The notes beneath the pieces were generated by a model that worked only from the letters and a program-made list of their open reading frames with translations, did not search any database and had not been told where the DNA came from. Of a stretch of DNA of 64,000 bases, positions 32,031-41,024 are shown one piece after another (within the stretch, counting starts at the first letter, position 1; each line of letters opens with the position of its first letter). This stretch comes from an uncultured Chloroflexia bacterium (GTDB taxonomy: Bacteria; Chloroflexota; Limnocylindria; Limnocylindrales; CSP1-4), in contig CAWHDR010000001.1 in the NCBI GenBank assembly GCA_963828165.1, positions 128,001-192,000 on the forward strand, in the 5' to 3' direction. A program made the translations under genes and the position numbers.

Positions 32031-32132
32031 TGAGAATCAGGCGCACTCGTTTTGAGCGCGAAACGGTCGTTTGTGCGCCTGACTCTTCCCCTCTTGTGCG
32101 CCTGACCCTTCCCGATAAATGACCTGACTCCG
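32031..32132. repeat. GTGCGCCTGA motif array, one inverted plus three direct
   Basis: Inverted copy 32031-32046; direct cores at 32080, 32103, 32125. Confidence 0.65.
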
Positions 32133-32429
32133 AGTTGAGATCGACGTTTCCAGGCTCCGTAACGGAGGCCTTTCGTCTCGTCCGCCAAGCCGGATCCGGG
32201 CTGTGGCGTCCACCTCGATGATCGCGGCTTCTTTACGTATCTGGCGAGGTCGGTTGGGTACCAGCAGAACCCCTCAGATCTCACTCCGCATCCTCTGGGC
32301 ACCGCGGTCTCGGCCGAGGCATCGACTCACACAACGTTGACTTCCGCAGCGTCGAGGTCGGACGGGCATGCCCGGGCGGCGCAGCGAACCGCTGGTCGCG
32401 AATAAGGTCGCCTCGGAAGTGGCCTCGAC

Positions 32430-32621
32430 CGCGTTGAGCTTGTCGCGCGTGGCGCTCCACCCGGCGAGTTCGCGTAGCCCAGCCTCGGAGGGAGGGCCCG
32501 GGTCTGCGGAGTAGGTGACGAGCGTCAATCCTGGATCGGCCGGCAGTTCCATCAGCTCGTAGCCCAGAGTCAGGTCACCGACGAGCGGATGGTGGAGGTG
32601 TTTCGTTCCCGAGCGGTGGTT
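32430..32621 (-). pseudogene. C-terminal fragment of MmyB-like (XRE) regulator
   Basis: HRSGTKHLHHPLVGDLTLGYELMELPADPGLTLVTYSA. Confidence 0.7.
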
Positions 32622-32900
32622 CGGGAGCGCGAGCGCGAGTCCCATCGCGTATGCGTCCGGAGTCAGACGGGCCGAAATAAACTCGGGGCCAACGACAACG
32701 ATGCGTTCGTAGAATGCGTTTAGCAGCTCCGCGCGGCCGTCGGAGGTGGCCATTGCCCACGTCTCGGGCAGTGCTCGCAACTTCGCGATCACCTTGTCGG
32801 CCGAAGCCACCGCATGAGTCGGCGCACGTTCCTCGGCAATGGCGAGCTCGGTCCGCAGGGTGGCCATCCTTGCCAAGTAGGTCCGGATCGTCGAGCTGAC
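32622..32900 (-). pseudogene. Possible C-terminal fragment of large serine recombinase
   Basis: Coiled coil then LPETWAMATSDGRAELLNAFYERIVV, resembling LSR C-termini; no catalytic N-terminus. Confidence 0.45.
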
Positions 32901-33380
32901 CAGCGGCCGGCTCCCGCCCTGAGGACAGGCCCTCCCCGTGCACGTCGCCAATCGCTAGTGACGGGTCGCGTACCCGAGCAGAACCGGCGAGGAGCCGCTC
33001 GCCGGTGACCCCAAGTATCGTCTGCGTCCTTCGTCGGCGATCACGTCGAGCACCGCCAGCCCGATGGCGGCGGACACCGGGTTCCCACCGGACGTGTCTT
33101 GTTACTGGGGCTGGCCTCCGCGATCACGGAGCCAGGCAGAGATCAACGCGGGCCAGCGTCGCCTCCGGCGGGCCGTGTCGAGACGTTGGGTATTCGATCG
33201 GCGAGACATCGGGCGAGCTCCTGCGAGGCCGCGCCAGTCCGCGGTCCGATCTCAATCGGTCGCGCCGGGAGGGGGATCGACGCGAAAGAAATGACGAATG
33301 AAGACAGGCCAACAGGCGAGGCACTCGGCCAGTTTGCATTGCCCGAGTACCATCGGGCCAGGGTCGGCCCAGGTCGATCG

Positions 33381-33647
33381 ATGTCACAGATCGAGACCCC
33401 GATGCAGAAACTGGTCGCCGAGATCATGGCGGCATGGCGCCGCGCCGAGCGGCTGACGGCTACGCTTCCCGCCGACAGCCTCGAGCACGAGGCCGCGCAA
33501 CGGGCCTGCAGCCGTCTCCGGGACGCGTACCAGGATCTGACGCACTCGGGCGTCGCGGCCGCTCTCACGGCGGCGGAGGCCAGGATGCTCCTTCGGGACG
33601 CAGCTAGCGACGTCGACGTCGCCCCGGACGCAGACACGGAGCCCTAG
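33381..33647 (+). CDS. Small hypothetical protein, stand-alone WRxAER module
   Basis: 15/40 ungapped identity to C-terminus of the PAS protein at 9620; start could be 33291. Confidence 0.65.
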   Translation: MSQIETPMQKLVAEIMAAWRRAERLTATLPADSLEHEAAQRACSRLRDAYQDLTHSGVAAALTAAEARMLLRDAASDVDVAPDADTEP

Positions 33648-33677
33648 ACAGGTGGGTGCGGATCACGCCCGCCGCCG

Positions 33678-33899
33678 TTTGCCGCCACCGGGACGTTCTC
33701 CTACCACTGCACGATCCACACCTACATGGTGGGCAAGGTTGTGGTCCTCGTCGCCGGGGTGACCGCTCCGCCAACGGACACGGACTTTGTGTAGGGGACG
33801 GCAAGCGCGCAGTCGAGCGGCGGCCTGTCGGTAACGCTGCTCCTCGTGGGCCTGAGCGGAGGGATCCTCGCGCTCCGCCGCGTCCGGAAAGACGCGTGA
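33678..33899 (+). pseudogene. Cupredoxin (plastocyanin-like) C-terminal remnant with membrane anchor
   Basis: Manual translation GTFSYHCTIHTYMVGKVVV..PPTDT, in-frame TAG at 33792, TM helix, RRVRK. Confidence 0.7.
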
Positions 33900-34034
33900 G
33901 CTGCCGAGATCAAGCTATCCCGATCAATCAGCGAGGCTCCGATCTGTCGATAGGGTGCAAGGTTCGGGGTGGAAACGCCGAGGTTCAAGAGTGGGCCCGA
34001 GGACCATGCTCACCTCCATCAGTTGGGGGAATCG

Positions 34035-34265
34035 ATGCTTTCATTCATGCGCTCGGTCGGCTTGACGTCCGACATGTTCTACGTCGCCTCGCTGGGCTCG
34101 ATTCTCGCGTCGCTCGCGCTCTGGTTCATGCCTCGCCGAGGAGACGACTCGGACAAGGGCAGGCCGGAACGCCTCGCGATCTTCGTGGGTCTGTGGCCGC
34201 CGACATTGTTCCTCATGGGCCATGCGCTCCGAGACGAGGAAACACGTGAGCCACGATCACAGTGA
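34035..34265 (+). CDS. Small two-TM hypothetical membrane protein
   Basis: SLGSILASLALW..ERLAIFVGLWPPTLFLMG; RBS GGGGGA. Confidence 0.7.
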   Translation: MLSFMRSVGLTSDMFYVASLGSILASLALWFMPRRGDDSDKGRPERLAIFVGLWPPTLFLMGHALRDEETREPRSQ

Positions 34266-34425
34266 GGGCATCGAGCGCCGCGCATAGGTCCGCGAAACCC
34301 AGACTCAGTGTCGTGCTCCGGAGCACCGCCACCATTATTCGCGCAGCTGGCGCAGAGGTCAGGGCGTTGAGTCAACGCGGGATGCGGCTCCCGAGGCGCG
34401 CTGCGGCCCGCATGAGCACCCGGCG

Positions 34426-35076
34426 GTGAATATCCAGCCATCGCCCACGCAGGCTACGAGAACGGATCGGCGCCGCACACCTGCTCCCGGGCCGGGCGCC
34501 CCGTCCGGACCGTCGGACGACGCCCTGATCGCCGGGCTGGCCGCGGGCCGCCTTGAGGCCTTGGACGCCCTTTACGAGCGCTACGGATCCACAGCGTACG
34601 GATTAGCGCGCCGCATCACAGCGGATGATGGCCTGGCAGCAGATGCGCTCCAGGCGGCATTCCTTGGGGTCTGGCGCGCCGCGGCTAGCCTCGCACCGGA
34701 CCGCCGGACGGCCCGAGGGTGGCTGCTCACGGTGGTCCACGATCACGCGATCGAGGCAGTTCGGCGGCGCCGGGCCGCGGGCGACCCCGCGGACAAGCTC
34801 GAGGGCGTGCGGGCGCTCGAACGACTGGTGAGCCTCGAGACCTGGGACGAGGTCCGGGTGCAACCCGGCGGAGCGACGGTGGTTGCCGCGCTCGCGCACC
34901 TGCCGAGCGACCAGCGTCGATCGCTGGAGATGGCCTACTTCGACGGCCTGTCGGAGTCCGAGATCGCCACCCGTACGGGGGTGCCCGTGCGCACCGTGCG
35001 GAGCCGGCTCCGCCTGGCCCTCATGGGGCTGCGCGGCGAGCTCGAGCGGGGCTGCACGACTACGGCCAGTCGCTGA
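34426..35076 (+). CDS. ECF sigma factor (SigK-like)
   Basis: ALDALYERY, WLLTVVH, LEMAYFDGLSESEIA..TVRSRLRLAL. Confidence 0.85.
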   Translation: MNIQPSPTQATRTDRRRTPAPGPGAPSGPSDDALIAGLAAGRLEALDALYERYGSTAYGLARRITADDGLAADALQAAFLGVWRAAASLAPDRRTARGWLLTVVHDHAIEAVRRRRAAGDPADKLEGVRALERLVSLETWDEVRVQPGGATVVAALAHLPSDQRRSLEMAYFDGLSESEIATRTGVPVRTVRSRLRLALMGLRGELERGCTTTASR

Positions 35077-35275
35077 CGCCGACGAAGGGAGATCACCGAA
35101 CCCGGCGTCGCGGGTCCACGCTGTCGAGCTGGGACGACCGGCCAACGACGGCAGAACTGTCGGGCCGACCCGAATGGTCAGATTGTGATCGCGACCCTCG
35201 ATCGGCACGACGTAGGTTGCTAACCCGCGCCCAACACCTGTCGGGCGCGCCAGTCAAAACGGCCGCTGCTAGCAA

Positions 35276-35342
35276 TGGCGCCTGACTCTTTACAGGATCA
35301 CGATGTGCGTCTAACTAGTGCCGGGATGTGCGCTTGACTCAT
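35276..35342 (+). repeat. Array of GTGCGCCTGACTCT-like motifs upstream of att copy 3
   Basis: Motif cores at 35283, 35312, 35335. Confidence 0.6.
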
Positions 35343-35413
35343 TCCAAGAAATCGGACAGAGATCGCTGTCCTGCACGCTCACGTGACCGCTCGCGAGCCC
35401 TGAATCCGGCGTT

Positions 35414-35461
35414 TGACTCTGGATCAGGAGATCGAAGGTTCGAATCCTTCCTCGCCAGCCA
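35414..35461 (+). repeat. attR-like copy of tRNA-Gln 3' half (48 bp)
   Basis: Identical to 11253-11300. Confidence 0.95.
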
Positions 35462-35530
35462 TCCCCTCCTCACTGATAGTGGGTCGGACGATCACTCCGC
35501 GGTTTATGCTCGCGTCGGATCCGTCCGACG

Positions 35531-36706
35531 TTGAAGAGGATCGCAGTGCCCGATCAGCCGGAGCCCGCGTGTCTCGTCCTCGCCGACATCAGCGGGTACA
35601 CGAGGTACCTCGCGGGCGTCGAACTCGACCACGCCCAGGACATCCTGGCCGACCTGACTGACGCCGTCGTTCGAGCGCTCCGACCGACTTTCCGCCTCGC
35701 CAAGCTCGAGGGCGACGCGGCCTTTGCCTACGTGGTCACCGACGTGATCGACGGGTCGGTCCTCCAGGACACCATCGAGAACTGCTATAGCGCCTTCCGT
35801 AGGCGACTTCGCGACATCGGCCAAGCGTCACAGTGCGACTGCAACGCGTGCACCTACCTTCCGCGACTCGACCTGAAGTTCGTGGTCCATCACGGGCTGA
35901 TCGCCCGGCAACGGATGGCCGGTCGCGAAGAGCTGGTCGGCCGCGACGTGATCGTCGTCCATCGACTGCTCAAGAACGACGTCCAGGCCGCCTTGGGTAT
36001 CCGCGCCTACGCTCTCTATACGAACGACTGCGTCCGGAAGATGGGACTCGCCGATCCCGCCGCCGCCGGGCTGATCGAGCACCGCGAGACCTACGAGGTC
36101 GTCGGGGAGGTTTCCGGCTGGGTCCGCGACCTCGAGGCCGTCTGGCAGGAGGCCGAGGTTGGTTCGGCATTGATCGTCGGGGCTGCGCAGGCGGCCTGGA
36201 CGACGTCGTTCACATTCGACGGCCCGCCGGCCATCGTCTGGGAATGGATCACCTCTCCCGCCCGCCGACTGCAGTGGCAGATCGGCGTCGTCGCCGTCAA
36301 CGAGGAGTTCAAGGGCGGCCGCCGCGGGGTCGGGACGACGAACCACTGCGTTCACGGCCGCGACGCGATCGTTGAGGAAATCCTCGCCTGGCATCCGCCC
36401 GAGGTCCTCACGACCCGGTTCCAGATGCCGATGCCAGGCGTCCCGAAGTTGACCCGGAGCGAACTGTTCGAGGCGACGCCCGATGGAGCCAAGACGCTCT
36501 TCACCGTCCACGTCCAACGACCATCCTCGGCGAAGGATCGCGCCAAACTCGAGGAGTTGGCGCCATTCCTGGTGCATGCGTATGGCGATGGCCTCGCGAC
36601 GTTGGCGCCCATGATCAAGGCTGATGTCGAGGCGCGGTCCGCATCGGCGACACCAGAACCTGACCTACCCGTTTCGGCTGGACGGAACCTCACCGCAAGG
36701 GCGTAA
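35531..36706 (+). CDS. DUF2652 (cyclase-like) plus SRPBCC/START domain protein
   Basis: ADISGYT, KLEGDA, LKFVVHHG, VHRLLKN; PPAIVWEWITSP. Confidence 0.8.
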   Translation: MKRIAVPDQPEPACLVLADISGYTRYLAGVELDHAQDILADLTDAVVRALRPTFRLAKLEGDAAFAYVVTDVIDGSVLQDTIENCYSAFRRRLRDIGQASQCDCNACTYLPRLDLKFVVHHGLIARQRMAGREELVGRDVIVVHRLLKNDVQAALGIRAYALYTNDCVRKMGLADPAAAGLIEHRETYEVVGEVSGWVRDLEAVWQEAEVGSALIVGAAQAAWTTSFTFDGPPAIVWEWITSPARRLQWQIGVVAVNEEFKGGRRGVGTTNHCVHGRDAIVEEILAWHPPEVLTTRFQMPMPGVPKLTRSELFEATPDGAKTLFTVHVQRPSSAKDRAKLEELAPFLVHAYGDGLATLAPMIKADVEARSASATPEPDLPVSAGRNLTARA

Positions 36707-36722
36707 GGCCATCGAAGCCGGC

Positions 36723-36990
36723 TCAGGCGGTCGCCCGTATCGATTCGAGACGATCCGTGAGGTAGATGCGCTCGGATTCGCTAGCGGTGAGGGTCCGCTG
36801 CGCGGGCGTACGACTGGCTCGCCTCGTCACAGCGTCCGAGTCTGCGCAACAGGTCGGCGCGTGCGGCGTGGTAAAGGTGGTACTCGGGGAGGTCGAGGCC
36901 GTCGAGGATGTCGAGGCCGGCTGCCGGTCCGCGCACCTCACTTCGGGCGATAGCCCGGTTCATCGCCACCACCGGCGTCGGAGTCATCGC
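36723..36990 (-). pseudogene. C-terminal remnant of DUF6596/TPR-extended ECF sigma factor
   Basis: TPVVAMNRAIA..GPAAGL..YHLYHAARADLLRRLGR. Confidence 0.7.
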
Positions 36991-37162
36991 CAGCAGTGGG
37001 TGGTAGGGGTTTGGCGAGATGGACCCTCTGGGTGTCGTTCTCGGTGGGTCCGTGGGCCATCGAATGCCCGCGGGAGCGGGCCGGTGGAGTCCTGGGAACA
37101 GGAACGACTGCCCGTCCCATCAGCCATCGCGCTCGTGATGTCGCCACTTGCCGTTGGGTACC

Positions 37163-37465
37163 TCACCCGGGACGATCCAACTCTGCGAGACGGTCTGGCG
37201 GCGAGCCCGGGCGATAACGCCAGGCTACGAGCAGTGTCGCAGCGCCTGTCAGCGCGGCCACCGTATTGGGCACGACGAGCACGACGTTCTGGAGCGCGAG
37301 GCCGTACGCCACCCAAAGTCCAAACCCGACTTCAAGAACCGCGAGGTAGCCGAGTGACACGTCGGCCGCGGAGCGGCGGACGACGATGCGCCGGATCTGC
37401 AGAGCTGGAGACACGGCCATCAGGATGCCCCAGAGGGCGGCAGCGGTTGCCAGAAGATCGACCAT
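37163..37465 (-). CDS. SemiSWEET / PQ-loop sugar transporter
   Basis: PALQIRR..RSAADVS..LWVAYG..PN, three TM. Confidence 0.8.
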   Translation of the reverse strand: MVDLLATAAALWGILMAVSPALQIRRIVVRRSAADVSLGYLAVLEVGFGLWVAYGLALQNVVLVVPNTVAALTGAATLLVAWRYRPGSPPDRLAELDRPG

Positions 37466-37696
37466 AACGAGCCCCAAACGCAGGGCGCTCGACAGATCGA
37501 CCGCGTTCGCTGGCTTGGCCAGGAGGAGCGCACGCGCGGCACCGTGATGGTACCTCGTCGACTCTATCCGGCAGGTTCAACCTCTTTTGCCCGCCGGAAT
37601 CGAACGAATCCGAGTCCACCCACGCTCAGATCCCAGAAGGGTCCCAGAAGGAGCGAGATGCCTTCTCGAGGACCCGCTCGATGTCGAGCTGGGATG

Positions 37697-38134
37697 TCAC
37701 CGGCTCGAGCTCTCCGTTTCGATCTGTTCGAGGGCACCCAGGATCGTGGCGATCACCTGGACCGTCGATGCCGCCGGCAGGTCGATCCGGATCGTCGCGG
37801 CCTCGGTGAGCATCGAGTTGTACGCGCCCGCCGAGCCGGTATGTCCGCGGATGTCCGTCCGAACCAGCACGATCCATTTCTTCAGGCCGAACGCGTAGCC
37901 GACTTCCCAGCTCGTGCCGGAATCGGGGTCCGGACCATCCATGATCGCCACCAGCCCATCGGCCCAGTCGATCCCACCGACATCGGTGGCGAAGATGCCC
38001 GCCGCGTCCCTGCCGGGCTCCTGTTCCTGCGGCAGGAACACCTCGTGGCCGGCTGCCCGCAGGGCGGCGGTGACTTCGGCGTTCCAGGTGCGCTCGGACG
38101 TCGTGAACAGCGGACCGGCGAAATAGACCTTCAT
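37697..38134 (-). CDS. Nucleoside 2-deoxyribosyltransferase family
   Basis: VYFAGPLF, VFLPQE, DSGTSWEVGYA, YNSML. Confidence 0.9.
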   Translation of the reverse strand: MKVYFAGPLFTTSERTWNAEVTAALRAAGHEVFLPQEQEPGRDAAGIFATDVGGIDWADGLVAIMDGPDPDSGTSWEVGYAFGLKKWIVLVRTDIRGHTGSAGAYNSMLTEAATIRIDLPAASTVQVIATILGALEQIETESSSR

Positions 38135-38226
38135 CGCCGCCAGTATCGCGGAGCGCGACCGGTGCGCGCCCCGTGGTGCCCGCCCCCGTTTACCCGGGCC
38201 TTGCGCCACGGCGTCACCATGGAGCG

Positions 38227-39072
38227 ATGGGTGCCATCAGACGAAAGAGCTTCGACGACCCGGATGGGCTCCGGGAGTTTCCGCTCCTGACGGTTTCGCT
38301 CGCGAGAATCGGGTCGCACACGATCGGTCGCGGGGTGGTCCAGCCCGGCTGGCACTGGTCGGAGCACCTGGGGCCGGTGATGCGGGCGGAGTCGTGCCCG
38401 GTGCATCACGTCCAGGTGCTGCTCGCCGGTGGTTTCGCGGCGCGAATGGAGGATGGCGAAGAGGTGGTGTTCCAGCCTGGCGACGTGATGGACATCCCGC
38501 CCGGGCACGATGCCTGGGTGGTCGGCGACGAGCCAGCGGTGCTGATCGATTTCGCCGGCAACATCGACGCCCTCGGCCTGCCACGCGAGCATGAGCGCAT
38601 GGTGACGACCCTGCTCATGACCGACATCGTCGACTCGACCCGGACCGCGCGCCGCCTCGGCGACGCCCCCTGGAAGCAGCTCCTGTCCGATCACAACCGG
38701 CTCGTTCGAGCGCAGCTGCTCCGCTTCGGCGGCTCGGAGGTGAACACCACCGGCGACGGCTTCCTCGCCACATTCCGAAGCGCCGTCGCCGGGCTCCGAT
38801 GCGCCGACGCCATCCACGCCGCGCTGCGAGATACCGATATCGAGGTGCGCATTGGCGTCCACACCGGCGAGGTTGAACCGATGGGCGACGACATCGGCGG
38901 CGTCGCGGTGCACGCAGCCGCTCGGATCATGGCGCTCGCCGGCGCATCGGAGGTCTTCGCCTCCGCGATCACGGTCGGTCTCGCCGAAGGGAGCGGCCTC
39001 GCCTTCGAGAGCCGGGGTGCGAAGGAGGTCAAGGGACTTGATCGGCCGATCGAGGTGTACCGGCTGACATGA
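38227..39072 (+). CDS. Cupin plus class III adenylate/guanylate cyclase
   Basis: PGWHWSEH..CPVHH..IPPGHDAWVVG; TDIVDST, TGDG, RIGVHTGE, AVHAAAR. Confidence 0.88.
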   Translation: MGAIRRKSFDDPDGLREFPLLTVSLARIGSHTIGRGVVQPGWHWSEHLGPVMRAESCPVHHVQVLLAGGFAARMEDGEEVVFQPGDVMDIPPGHDAWVVGDEPAVLIDFAGNIDALGLPREHERMVTTLLMTDIVDSTRTARRLGDAPWKQLLSDHNRLVRAQLLRFGGSEVNTTGDGFLATFRSAVAGLRCADAIHAALRDTDIEVRIGVHTGEVEPMGDDIGGVAVHAAARIMALAGASEVFASAITVGLAEGSGLAFESRGAKEVKGLDRPIEVYRLT

Positions 39073-39165
39073 CTCCGGAATCACGGAGGGTTGGCGCGGC
39101 CCGAACGGTGGCCCGCGGACGGCACCGACTGAAGGGCGCCGAACGCGAGCACGAGCCGTTCTCCG

Positions 39166-40248
39166 TCAGCGCGGCGGCGCGGCGTGCAGACGTACGGTGA
39201 CGCTGAGCCCGCCAGCGGCCCGGGGGGAGAGGGTGAGAGTGCCGTCGTGTGCCTGCGCGATGCTTTGGACGATCGCCAGGCCGAGGCCGACACCGGCGTG
39301 GTCGGTAAGGATTCGTTCGGTGCCGCGCTGGAACGGCTCGACGAGCGTGGAAACCGTCTGAGGGGTGAGCTTCTCGCCGGTGTTCTCGACCGTGAGCTCC
39401 ACGGTCTCGGAGTCACCGCTGGTCGTGACCCACACCGTGCCCTGTTCAGTCAGGTTGTGGACGATCGCGTTGTGCAGGAGGTTCGTCGTCGTCTGCAGCA
39501 GGAGCGCGTGCGAGCCGACGGTGGGGGTGATGTCGCCGGAGGTCTCGATGGTGACGCCGCGACTTTCTGCGAGCGGAAGAAGCGTTTCAGCGGCTTCTTC
39601 GGCGATGAGGGACAGGTCGACCCGATCTCGGGTGAAAGACCGTTGGTTGGCGCGGCTGAGCAGGAGCAGTGCCTCAGTGAGATCGATCGCTCGGGCGTTG
39701 ACGACGTGGAGGCGTTCGACGAGCGCACCCGTGTCGCGGCTCGGGTCGTTGCGGGCCACGTCCAGAAGCGTCTGCGTGATCGCCAGCGGCGTGCGCAGTT
39801 CGTGGGAGGCATTGGCGGCGAATCTCTGCTGTTCGGCGACGTGCGCTTCGAGCCTCGCGAGCATGGCGTCGAAGGCGTCGGCCAGTTCGCGGAACTCGTC
39901 CTTGCGGCCTGCCAACTGGATCCGGTGGGATAGCGATCCGGTCGCGGCCTTGCGTGTGGCGTCGGTGATACGAGTCAGGGGGGCGAGCATTCGGCCGGCG
40001 AGGATCCACCCTCCCACGAGACCCAGCACCAGCAGGAATGCCAACACCGCGGCCGCCCTGGGGGCGAATGCGCGGAGGAGGTCGGAGCGGTTGGGAACGA
40101 ACTCGAGTGCGGTGATCTCGCGGTCGGGTACGTACCGCAGGAGGAACACCCACACCGCGGCGAGCAACAAGGTGCCTACGAGGATGAGGAACCCGGCGTA
40201 GCTGAGGGTGAGTTTGAGGCGGACACTCAGACCAGGGTCTCTATCCAC
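39166..40248 (-). CDS. vanS: VanS-like sensor histidine kinase
   Basis: DRDPGLSVRLKLTLSYAGFL N-terminus as recalled for actinomycete VanS; ASHELRTP, GVGLGL. Confidence 0.85.
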   Translation of the reverse strand: MDRDPGLSVRLKLTLSYAGFLILVGTLLLAAVWVFLLRYVPDREITALEFVPNRSDLLRAFAPRAAAVLAFLLVLGLVGGWILAGRMLAPLTRITDATRKAATGSLSHRIQLAGRKDEFRELADAFDAMLARLEAHVAEQQRFAANASHELRTPLAITQTLLDVARNDPSRDTGALVERLHVVNARAIDLTEALLLLSRANQRSFTRDRVDLSLIAEEAAETLLPLAESRGVTIETSGDITPTVGSHALLLQTTTNLLHNAIVHNLTEQGTVWVTTSGDSETVELTVENTGEKLTPQTVSTLVEPFQRGTERILTDHAGVGLGLAIVQSIAQAHDGTLTLSPRAAGGLSVTVRLHAAPPR

Positions 40249-40936
40249 GCTCCCCTGCCTCACGCCCCGTGTCTGATCGAGCGTCGATGCGGTAGCCGAC
40301 GCCGGGCACGGTGGCGATCAGCCAGGGTTGGCCGAGTCGTTTCCGCAGGGCCGAGACCGTGATGCGCACGGCGTTCGTGAACGGGTTGGCGTTCGCATCC
40401 CATGCCCGCTCCAGCAAGTCTTCGGCGCTGACGACACCACCTTCGGCAGCGACCAGGACTTCGAGCACGGCGAACTGCTTCCTGGTCAGCGCCACGTAGC
40501 GGCCGTCGCGGTAGACCTCGCGTCGGAACGGGTCCACGCGCAGGCCTGCGATCGTTCGCACGGGTGGCCGGTTGTGCGCTCGCCTGCGGTCGAGGGCTCT
40601 GAGACGGAGCACGAGCTCTCGGAGCTCGAACGGTTTGGTGAGGTAGTCGTCGGCGCCGAGCTCGAACCCGGAGGCCTTGTCATCGAGCCGGTCGGCAGCC
40701 GTCAGCATCAGGATCGGCATCCCGCTGCCGGAGGCGACGATTCTCTCGGCGATCTCGTCGCCGGTAAGTCCGGGGATGTCTCGGTCGAGGACGGCGATGT
40801 CGTAGGCGTTGACGCTCAGCATCTCCAGCGCGGCGTCGCCGTCATCCGCGATGTCGCCCGCGATCGCTTCGAGGCGCAGGCCATCGCGGATGGCTTCTGC
40901 GAGATAGGGCTCGTCCTCAACGATCAGCACACGCAT
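40241..40936 (-). CDS. vanR: VanR-like response regulator
   Basis: MRVLIVEDEPYLAEAIRDGLRLEAIA..NPFTNAVRITVSALRKRLG, as recalled for Streptomyces VanR. Confidence 0.88.
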   Translation of the reverse strand: MRVLIVEDEPYLAEAIRDGLRLEAIAGDIADDGDAALEMLSVNAYDIAVLDRDIPGLTGDEIAERIVASGSGMPILMLTAADRLDDKASGFELGADDYLTKPFELRELVLRLRALDRRRAHNRPPVRTIAGLRVDPFRREVYRDGRYVALTRKQFAVLEVLVAAEGGVVSAEDLLERAWDANANPFTNAVRITVSALRKRLGQPWLIATVPGVGYRIDARSDTGREAGERG

Positions 40937-41024
40937 GCTCCACGGACGCTAACGGGCCGGCATATCGCTGGCATATGGAAACGCACGTACGCGGTGGCAA
41001 CACCACGCTGCCTTCACTGGCGGC

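Larger units (their letters stand above)
31939..35461. mobile_element. Second, decayed island at tRNA-Gln
   Basis: Bounded by two tRNA 3' copies; contains gene remnants. Confidence 0.65.

Noticed and set aside
31752-32132. Motif array as a mini-CRISPR
   Set aside because: Repeats are only ~14 bp and degenerate, spacers are 8-15 bp, and no cas genes are present
31890-35461. Additional tRNA-Gln genes
   Set aside because: Both copies lack the 5' acceptor strand and D-arm; they are att remnants
37631-37651. TCCCAGAAGG repeated twice
   Set aside because: Only two short copies with no associated att site or recombinase
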